Positions 46,448-53,795 of a DNA stretch of 53,795 nucleotides are shown piece after piece. Position 1 is the stretch's first letter. Each line of letters opens with the position of its first letter. The position numbers and the translations under genes were made by a program. This DNA is from Bdellovibrio sp. (GTDB lineage Bacteria; Bdellovibrionota; Bdellovibrionia; Bdellovibrionales; Bdellovibrionaceae). The notes beneath the pieces were generated by a model. It was not told the DNA's origin. It was given only the letters and a program-made list of their open reading frames with translations, and searched no databases. The stretch is from NCBI GenBank assembly GCA_043771495.1, contig JAYVHE010000242.1, positions 1 to 53,795 of the forward strand, written 5' to 3'.

Positions 46448-47686
46448 TTAAACGGGCTTATCGCTTAAGGCATCATCGCCACTTTTGCTCTCAAAAGCCC
46501 AAAATTTTGGTAAGACCCATATCATGGCTAAACAGCCAATGACGCAAAGAACCCCACCTGATAAAATCGACATATAATTTGAACTTACCGATGCGACAAA
46601 TCCCGCGCGTGCATTTCCTAACATAGGTCCCGTCATATAGGACAACATATTTAAACCTGCAAGACGACCTCGAAAATCCATTGGAATTGATTCATTCCAA
46701 ATTGTTTGACGATAAATCGCACTAATTGCGTCTGCGGCACCAGCCATAGCTAAACAGGCCACAGCTAAATAAAGATTCCCGGCGAAAGCTAAAGCTATAA
46801 TAAAAATTCCCCACACGATAGCGGCTAATATGACTCCGGCACCGTAACGTTTGTAACTACTGAGTTTTCCTGAAAGGAGCGAAATAACTAAAGCTCCGAT
46901 TGGAATTGCGGAATACAGCCATCCTGCCGCATTGGCGCCGCCCCAGTGTTCTGCCATCGATGGAAACAGAGCCATCGGCATTGCAAAAATCATTGCGATA
47001 ATATCTACAACGTAAGTCCCAAGAATCACTTTGTTATGGACGGCATATTTTAATCCTTCAACGATGCTGGCAACAGAGACGCCCTTTTCACTTTTTGGCG
47101 CGATGACAGATTTCATTCTGTATAAACAAATCAAAGAAAAAACGTAAGTTAGTGTATCAATCCCGTAGGTCCAAGAAATTCCGAACTGAGCAATCAGCCA
47201 TCCACCAAGTGCCGGGGCAACGATGGCTCCGATTGAATATCGAAGTCCACCTAATGCTGCAACGGCTGGATAATCTTCTTTAGAGACAATCTGGGGAGTA
47301 ATAGCCTCCATCGCCGGGCGATGTAATCCGACAAAAATACTCGAAAGGCCTGCAGCAATAAAAAGTAAAATGACCGATGGGTTTGGGAGCAAACTATTTA
47401 CAATGAGCAGACCAGTACAAACTGATAGAGCCAGTTCACTAATTAATAGAAGTTTCCTTCGATCCATATTATCGGCTAAAGCACCACCATACATTCCAGC
47501 AATAATCAGCGGAACCAGCTGAATTGCGCCAAGTAAACCAACCTGAAAAGATGATTTCGTTAATTGATAAATTTGGTAGGGGATTGCAACGTAGCTCATC
47601 ATGCTGCCAATAAATGAAACAGTTTGTCCTAAAAATAAAAGTCGGTATTCCCTATTATTTTTTAGTGGGCTTAAGTTAATAAACAT
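46448..47686 (-). CDS. MFS transporter (EntS-like)
   Basis: GGALADNMDRRKLL motif A, ~12 TMs, FRGRL. Confidence 0.9.
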   Translation of the reverse strand: MFINLSPLKNNREYRLLFLGQTVSFIGSMMSYVAIPYQIYQLTKSSFQVGLLGAIQLVPLIIAGMYGGALADNMDRRKLLLISELALSVCTGLLIVNSLLPNPSVILLFIAAGLSSIFVGLHRPAMEAITPQIVSKEDYPAVAALGGLRYSIGAIVAPALGGWLIAQFGISWTYGIDTLTYVFSLICLYRMKSVIAPKSEKGVSVASIVEGLKYAVHNKVILGTYVVDIIAMIFAMPMALFPSMAEHWGGANAAGWLYSAIPIGALVISLLSGKLSSYKRYGAGVILAAIVWGIFIIALAFAGNLYLAVACLAMAGAADAISAIYRQTIWNESIPMDFRGRLAGLNMLSYMTGPMLGNARAGFVASVSSNYMSILSGGVLCVIGCLAMIWVLPKFWAFESKSGDDALSDKPV

Positions 47687-48339
47687 ATAAAGCTCAGATT
47701 TCTTCCGGCGTCCTGTTGATCGCGACGATACGAATGAAAATCAGGGGTAGTTTTCGTATCAATTCCCAATGAATAAGTGTTTTTTATTCTATGGTGACCA
47801 ATTTGATGAACAACGATCTTTTCAAGATCGATTTTAATCTGCTGTGAACTTAAATCAATGTAGTTTTTGGAGTCCAAATTTGAAACGCTAGCCGCGAGCA
47901 AAGCTTTTGCATCCTCTTTGACTTCAAATGATTTTTGCAAAATGTGCGGCCCAATAAATAGATCGATTAATGAAAAAGTATTTAGTATTTGCGGAGTAAT
48001 TCGACCCGCAACCCCACGCCACCCAGCATGAATGGCTGCAATTTTTCGACTAGATTCTTCAAAGACCATTATCGGCAAACAGTCCGCGGTTTTAATTAAG
48101 AGCGCCGTGTTTTTTTCAGTCGTCCAATGGGCGTCGGCTTCAATGGATCCAGAATCAGGAACTGACTGTATAAAATGATTCGAATGAGTTTGCTTAACTC
48201 CCCGAAATTGAAATGTTGGAAACAGTTTCTGTAGTTGATTTAAATCACAATTTTTTTTACCGAAAAAAACCACGATAGAATCATTTGAGTAACAAATTCC
48301 ATCAGTAGTTTCTTGAAATTTCACAAAGAAAATCCCCAT
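47671..48339 (-). CDS. pgeF: YfiH/PgeF family protein
   Basis: QTHS, ADA, TADCLPI, HAGWRG, HSYRR; downstream of rluD. Confidence 0.9.
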   Translation of the reverse strand: MGIFFVKFQETTDGICYSNDSIVVFFGKKNCDLNQLQKLFPTFQFRGVKQTHSNHFIQSVPDSGSIEADAHWTTEKNTALLIKTADCLPIMVFEESSRKIAAIHAGWRGVAGRITPQILNTFSLIDLFIGPHILQKSFEVKEDAKALLAASVSNLDSKNYIDLSSQQIKIDLEKIVVHQIGHHRIKNTYSLGIDTKTTPDFHSYRRDQQDAGRNLSFICLLT

Positions 48340-49280
48340 GAATTGATTTTTTCAAGGTCTTCTTTAGGCCACGAAATTTTAAAATCCATTTGCTTTTCGG
48401 TCGTTGGGTGAATGAATCCAAGTTCAGCAGCGTGTAAATAAAAACGGTTTAAATGCTCTTGCTCGTATTTTAATTTTGAATATCCGTAGAGTAAATCGCC
48501 AACAATGATACAACCAAGTTCTTTGAGGTGTACTCGAATCTGGTGGGTCCGACCTGTTTCCAATCTTAATTTAAAAAGCGACATATTTTTAGATTCTTCT
48601 AACAAATTATAGTGAGTAATCGCGTGTTTTCCGACGTTCGTTTGGTCATCACGCACAGAAGCATATTTTTTACGATCAACACGGTGTCTAGCGATAACCG
48701 ACTCAATTTTTCCATAGCGAGGCATATGTTTTTTAGAAGCCGCAATAGCATAATAAATGCGGTGAATCGTTTTTGCCTTAAACTGCTGAGTCAGATGGTC
48801 GTGTGCGAAATCGTTTTTCGCCACAACGAGTAGTCCACTTGTTTCTTTATCAATACGGTGAACGATACCGGGGCGTTCTTCATTTTTTAAACTTAAGTTT
48901 TTGCTATGATATAAAAGCGCGTTAACGAGCGTGTCTGATTCATGACCCAAACTAGGATGCACAACTAATCCAGACGGTTTGTTAACAACAATCACATCGT
49001 CATCTTCAAATACGATTTCTAATTTTATGTCGGCAGCAATTAGGTCAGTTTTTTGAACTTCTGGAATTTCTAAAGTAATTGTGTCTTGATTTTTCAACTG
49101 GTGCGAACTTTTAACAAGTTTACCATTAACATGAATCAATTCTTTATTGATCAGATCTTGAATTTGAGAGCGAGTCATTGCCGAGAAATCTGTTGTTGAA
49201 GCCTGCGACAGCCATTTATCCAATCGCGCCGGTTCATCTAAACCCGCAACTATAAAAGTAAAATTATTTTTTTTGTTCAC
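48321..49280 (-). CDS. rluD: RluA/RluD family pseudouridine synthase
   Basis: S4 domain, NKPSGLVVHP, HRIDKETSG, TGRTHQIRVH, LHA. Confidence 0.92.
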   Translation of the reverse strand: MNKKNNFTFIVAGLDEPARLDKWLSQASTTDFSAMTRSQIQDLINKELIHVNGKLVKSSHQLKNQDTITLEIPEVQKTDLIAADIKLEIVFEDDDVIVVNKPSGLVVHPSLGHESDTLVNALLYHSKNLSLKNEERPGIVHRIDKETSGLLVVAKNDFAHDHLTQQFKAKTIHRIYYAIAASKKHMPRYGKIESVIARHRVDRKKYASVRDDQTNVGKHAITHYNLLEESKNMSLFKLRLETGRTHQIRVHLKELGCIIVGDLLYGYSKLKYEQEHLNRFYLHAAELGFIHPTTEKQMDFKISWPKEDLEKINSWGFSL

Positions 49281-49923
49281 TGGCTGACTTAAATAGTTTC
49301 ATGTAACTATCAGCCACCGTTTTTTCTTTTAATTGCAAAGATTTTGCGACTTGTAATACGTAACCGCGAACAAAAACTGCGGCTGGTAAATTCTGAGGCT
49401 CCATCTTTTCAATAGCCGTGATGTACCACGGATTAATTTTGGTTTGATCGTGAAGTTGCTCGATAGTTACTTTTTTATATTCGCGAACTTCTTTTAGAAA
49501 TGGACCGCTCCATTCCGTACAGTTTTCAACTTTGTTTTCAAATTCAAGGTCTTGTTTAAATTCATCGGCTGAATTCGTAACTGCAGGTCCGATCGGAGTC
49601 ACTTTAACAACGCTATCAGCATATAAAATTGAGCTTGCGGCCTTAATAGCTTCTAAAGAAAGATCAGATTCAGAAAAGCTTTTTGAAAGTAAGCGTTTTT
49701 CGTAAATATTGCGATACGTTTGGTTACTCAGAACTTGGTAGGCTTCTTCGATTAATTTACGCAGTGATTCAGCTTCATCAGGAGTAAACACAGAGTAAAG
49801 TGCCGGGTTTTGTTGAGAATAAGTTCGTTTTGCACGTTCGAACGCTAAAACAATCTCGTGCTGAGTGGCCGATTGAGTTACTTCCAAGATATCGTAATAG
49901 TTATTTCTTGAATCCGTATTCAT
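49264..49923 (-). CDS. J-domain-like + RodZ-type HTH protein
   Basis: NYYDILEV...IEEAYQVLSN...R..Y (J-like, no HPD); C-terminal LKEVRE...LPAAVFVRGY HTH. Confidence 0.8.
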   Translation of the reverse strand: MNTDSRNNYYDILEVTQSATQHEIVLAFERAKRTYSQQNPALYSVFTPDEAESLRKLIEEAYQVLSNQTYRNIYEKRLLSKSFSESDLSLEAIKAASSILYADSVVKVTPIGPAVTNSADEFKQDLEFENKVENCTEWSGPFLKEVREYKKVTIEQLHDQTKINPWYITAIEKMEPQNLPAAVFVRGYVLQVAKSLQLKEKTVADSYMKLFKSASEQKK

Positions 49924-49979
49924 AGCCCGTTGAATAACTCCGCTTATAACAGCAGCAAAAATGCTGCTGATTTATAGCT

Positions 49980-50738
49980 CTATGATACGGCTCTTAGCTG
50001 CTCTGAATCAATAAATTGTTTCGAAAATCTATAGATTTCGTGACAAAAAGTTGATGACGGAAATGTTTTGAACAAGTTTTGATTGGCCATGCTAGATTGC
50101 CAAGCAGCATTGTCAAATGGTAGGTGACCAATAATTCCGCAGTTAAATCCAAACTTCTTTTGTAACACAGACTGAACGCCGAATCCCAGCGTGTTGTGTT
50201 GAATGGTTCTGCAGAAATTAATAATCAAATTAAAGTGATCGTTCTCTACTTTTTTATCCATCACATGGTCAAACCAGCGATGGGTTTTTTCTAGCGAAGC
50301 TAATTCGGGTGTAGTTACTGAAAAAATTTTATCAGATAAATTAATTAAATTTAGATTCGATTGTGAAACGCCAGTTGTGGTGTCTAACAAAATATAATCG
50401 TAAGGCAGTGAACGTAAATCTGTAACCAACTGAGTGGCCTTTTTATAATCTGCAAAATGATCGTCTGTTAATTTTAAAGTACCTTGAATATAATCACAGT
50501 CTGTAAATGTGGATTTTTTAATGACGTCACTCAACTTCATTTGGCGATCAATATAGTTTGTTAAGTTATTGCCGCCGTAGGGGTTGCCAAAAAATGTATG
50601 TAAATTTCCAGTATTCAAATCTAAATCAACGACTAAAACTTTTTTGCGAATTTTAGATAATCCAATGCCAATGTTGGTTGTAACGAAAGATTTTCCGACG
50701 CCACCTTTAGCACTAGAAAACATCCAAATTTCAACCAT
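49980..50738 (-). CDS. MinD/FlhG/ParA family ATPase
   Basis: Deviant Walker A KGGVGKS, VDLD, VTTPE. Confidence 0.88.
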   Translation of the reverse strand: MVEIWMFSSAKGGVGKSFVTTNIGIGLSKIRKKVLVVDLDLNTGNLHTFFGNPYGGNNLTNYIDRQMKLSDVIKKSTFTDCDYIQGTLKLTDDHFADYKKATQLVTDLRSLPYDYILLDTTTGVSQSNLNLINLSDKIFSVTTPELASLEKTHRWFDHVMDKKVENDHFNLIINFCRTIQHNTLGFGVQSVLQKKFGFNCGIIGHLPFDNAAWQSSMANQNLFKTFPSSTFCHEIYRFSKQFIDSEQLRAVS

Positions 50739-50770
50739 AGTCAGACCCCTTAAACAGTGAAACAGGTGAG

Positions 50771-51469
50771 CTATAAAGCTCTAAATTTAATTCCCTGCAA
50801 GTTCTCTTCGGCTTCAGAGGCGCGAAGATATATAGGTAAAAGGTCCTGCCATGTGGTTTTTTTTAAATTAATATGATTATTAGAAATGATGGATGACAGG
50901 GGGTTGTCGCTAAACTCTGAATTGCGAATTAATTTTTCAGATAAATTTTCTTTGAAATATTTTTCATAGGCGGCAAAACCATCGCCTAAACATAGGTGCG
51001 GTTGAGTCAGCTCGATATGGAGTTCTTTAACGTGGACGACCGAAGGGGCAAGTACTTGAATCATTTGATCTTTAGTCGATTCGAAGCGCGCAAAATAAAT
51101 CATATTTTTAAAGGCATTGATAATGACTAAAATAGGACCAAGGCCTGGGTTTTTTTCGTGCGCCTGATGAGCCGTGTTTGTTAACGAATCCATCCCTAAA
51201 CAGGGCTTCTTAAAAATGTGCGAGTATGTTTTCATCGCGTTCAATGAAACTCGAATTCCCGTGAAGCTCCCGGGGCCAATACCAGAACAGAATACGTCAA
51301 TTTGTTCAAGAGTAAGGTTTGTCTCATTTAGACATTGTTCAATCGTCGCGTGAAGGTGATCCGAGTGGGATCCCTGTCGAACAGATTTTTTTTCAACAAG
51401 GATTTGATCATTTTTTACGATAGACACGCTTCTAAGAAGCGTGCTGGTTTCAGCGGATAATAGAATCAT
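50771..51469 (-). CDS. tsaB: tRNA threonylcarbamoyladenosine biosynthesis protein TsaB
   Basis: ETST, HSD, GPGSFTGIR, PIYLR. Confidence 0.93.
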   Translation of the reverse strand: MILLSAETSTLLRSVSIVKNDQILVEKKSVRQGSHSDHLHATIEQCLNETNLTLEQIDVFCSGIGPGSFTGIRVSLNAMKTYSHIFKKPCLGMDSLTNTAHQAHEKNPGLGPILVIINAFKNMIYFARFESTKDQMIQVLAPSVVHVKELHIELTQPHLCLGDGFAAYEKYFKENLSEKLIRNSEFSDNPLSSIISNNHINLKKTTWQDLLPIYLRASEAEENLQGIKFRAL

Positions 51470-51481
51470 TCTTCGAATGAT

Positions 51482-53146
51482 CTAAAATAAAAAGCGGGTA
51501 AAGTCATTAAAAAGAGCTAAGACCATCAATCCCATCAATAATGCGAATCCAATTTGATGTGCGATTTCCATTTTACGGATACTCAATGGTGAACCTTTTA
51601 TAACTTCGATTCCGTAAAACACTAAATGACCACCATCTAAGACCGGCACAGGCAAAAGATTTAAGATAAATAAGCTGATTGATAGAATGCCCATTGTTTG
51701 CAAAAACATTTGGAATCCCATTGCATATGAATCTTTAGCCGCCTTACCGATAGAGATTAAACCACCAATATTTTTGTGAGAAACTTCGCCTTGGATTAAT
51801 CGAACAAACGACATCAGTGTCATTGCTGAAATGTCCCACGAGCGTTCCCAGCCTTTAGCAAGAGCCCCAAAAACATTGTCACTAACCACAACGATCTCTG
51901 GTGTCGAGTAGTTAGCCATTGGCATAATTCCAATTGTGTAACGTTTGTCTTCTTTGCCTTGCAACGTCATCTGCGTAGTTTCTTTAGGAGTAATTTTTTT
52001 AAAAACTTCTGTGCCGTTTCGTAACAATTTAACTTCTAGAGCTTCTTTGCCATCAAAACTTTTTATCGTTTTTAAAACGTCGTCCCAAGAATTCATTGGA
52101 ACATTATTGATCGCTAATATTTTATCATAACGTTGTATGTCTGCAGTCGCAGCTGGTGAATCCGGAACGATTTGTTCCAAATAAAGATCAGGGTGTTCGA
52201 TTCCGAAGTCTTCAATCTTAGTAATTTTAGACGAATCAACGACCGATACGTTGATCGTCGAAGGCATTTTAGCAGTGCTTGGATCGTTCGGAGAAGCTTG
52301 AGGATTATCGCGCTCGACTGTTACGATTGATTGTGATTGAGAATAAATTTTACTTAATCCATCCCAACCATAAACTTTAACGCCATCAATTTTTAAGATT
52401 TCATCGCCAGTTTTAAATCCAAGGCGCTCAGCTAAACTATTTGGGCGTACCGCAATTAAAGTTCCTTTCGCGTAAGGAAGTAAACCTTCAATTTGTCCGA
52501 CCGTTTTGGTCATAGAGAAAATATTAGGATTTGCATCAGATTTAACGGCAACCTTAACTGTACGTTCGCCGCCATTGTCTTGTTGAACAACCATTTGAAT
52601 GCCTTGGTTTTGACTTGCATTCAATGCTTTTTGAAATTCTTCGTAACTGCGAATAGCCTGATCATTAACTTTCAAAACTTTATCGTGTGATAATAGTCCT
52701 GACGACTCGGCAATAGAACCGGGAACAACATCAGCAATTCGAGCCGTACGAGTTTCTTCTCCGCGAAATGCGATTAAACCAAAAACAAAGATCGCAAAAA
52801 ATAAATTCATTAAAGGTCCCGCAAGTACAATCGCGATTCTTTGCCATACGGTCTTGTGAGTAAATGAAACCCCACGCTGATCAGCAGGAACTTCGTCGCC
52901 ACCTTGCTCGCCATACATCTTCACGTATCCACCAAGCGGTATTAATGAAAGGCAATAAGTAGTATCACCACGTTTATAGCTAAATATTTTTTTACCAAAA
53001 CCAAGAGAAAAAACTTCGACACGCACTCCACAAAACCGAGCCACCAAGAAATGCCCAAGCTCATGAACAAAAACTAAAATACCAAGCAAAACAGTAAAGG
53101 GTACAATGTTGCGATAAATATCGCCAAGAATTGAAAATAGATCCAT
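51482..53146 (-). CDS. rseP: RIP metalloprotease RseP with multiple PDZ domains
   Basis: HELGH, GGYVKM, AGPLMN, NLLPVPVLDGG. Confidence 0.96.
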   Translation of the reverse strand: MDLFSILGDIYRNIVPFTVLLGILVFVHELGHFLVARFCGVRVEVFSLGFGKKIFSYKRGDTTYCLSLIPLGGYVKMYGEQGGDEVPADQRGVSFTHKTVWQRIAIVLAGPLMNLFFAIFVFGLIAFRGEETRTARIADVVPGSIAESSGLLSHDKVLKVNDQAIRSYEEFQKALNASQNQGIQMVVQQDNGGERTVKVAVKSDANPNIFSMTKTVGQIEGLLPYAKGTLIAVRPNSLAERLGFKTGDEILKIDGVKVYGWDGLSKIYSQSQSIVTVERDNPQASPNDPSTAKMPSTINVSVVDSSKITKIEDFGIEHPDLYLEQIVPDSPAATADIQRYDKILAINNVPMNSWDDVLKTIKSFDGKEALEVKLLRNGTEVFKKITPKETTQMTLQGKEDKRYTIGIMPMANYSTPEIVVVSDNVFGALAKGWERSWDISAMTLMSFVRLIQGEVSHKNIGGLISIGKAAKDSYAMGFQMFLQTMGILSISLFILNLLPVPVLDGGHLVFYGIEVIKGSPLSIRKMEIAHQIGFALLMGLMVLALFNDFTRFLF

Positions 53147-53219
53147 GAGTTCGTCTCCTACGTAAGAAAAATTCTCTCATATTTAGGATAGTTGACGAAC
53201 TGAAACTCGTCTACCTGGA

Positions 53220-53795
53220 CTACATGCTATACTGTTGCGAAATTACATAAAACAATGGCGAAGCTAATAAAACTCCGTCTAATCGATCTAATACACCGCC
53301 ATGTCCAGGCATGATCGATCCAGAGTCTTTAACTCCAGCGACGCGCTTAACCAGCGATTCAAAAAAGTCACCGATCTGGCCCAGCAGACCGCCGAAAAGT
53401 CCGCAAAAGAATAAAACAAAAAAAGGTGTATTTGGTAAAAAGTAAGAAAATCCTAGAGCCGCAAGTATCGAAAAAAACAATCCACCAAGACCACCTTGCA
53501 CACTTTTTTTAGGGGACAACAGCGGAGCAATTTTAGTTTTTCCAAATAAAGATCCAAACACATAAGCACCGATGTCGCCGGCGAATACGACGGCCAATAG
53601 GCAAAGAAACCACTCAAGACCCATGTTCGTTTGAGTCATCCAAACAATCGTTGCAGGCACGTAGCACGTGTAAACCAAGCCCATCATGCATTTGGTAACA
53701 AAGGCCAACAGATCATCGGTTTGATTGAACAAGCGATGCAGCAATATTCCAACAGAAACAACTAGCACAAAAGCCAGGACAATCAAAATGCCCGC
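53220..53795 (-). CDS. cdsA: Phosphatidate cytidylyltransferase (5' end outside the window)
   Basis: DIGAY, SPKKS, GDFFESLVKR..GVKDSG..MPGHGGVLDRLD; frame is open to the window edge. Confidence 0.96.
   Translation of the reverse strand, partial: AGILIVLAFVLVVSVGILLHRLFNQTDDLLAFVTKCMMGLVYTCYVPATIVWMTQTNMGLEWFLCLLAVVFAGDIGAYVFGSLFGKTKIAPLLSPKKSVQGGLGGLFFSILAALGFSYFLPNTPFFVLFFCGLFGGLLGQIGDFFESLVKRVAGVKDSGSIMPGHGGVLDRLDGVLLASPLFYVISQQYSM

Overview
AT-rich bacterial chromosome segment, very likely from a Bdellovibrionota predator (Bdellovibrio/Pseudobdellovibrio-like). This is inferred from gene order (pilT/rng, rplU-rpmA-obgE-nadD/rsfS-rlmH-comF-lolA-rimO, mdh-sucCD...ndk-rlmD-pilF-rodZ, cdsA-rseP-tsaB-rluD-pgeF), an FQNC-type lipoprotein signal and sigma28-like TAAAG-N16-CCGATA boxes. 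Most of the window is housekeeping, with one tRNA-Phe(GAA) and two small accessory patches: between sucD and ndk, and downstream of tRNA-Phe. The most striking signal is at tRNA-Phe. A ~0.9 kb mini-island there carries an ORF6N DNA-binding gene whose variable LRxQxxTS motif is encoded by a 27-bp palindrome, and two more sequence-variant copies of that palindrome lie in the upstream non-coding DNA, each encoding a different version of the same peptide. Other highlights: a self-contained transcription unit for a 24-aa Lys-rich protamine-like peptide, an orphan divergent PduT-like microcompartment shell gene, a candidate sigma28-driven sRNA, an internally deleted RelE-type toxin beside its intact antitoxin, and an SLT/lipoprotein pair. 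All calls come from reading the sequence and recalled family motifs; no searches were run.
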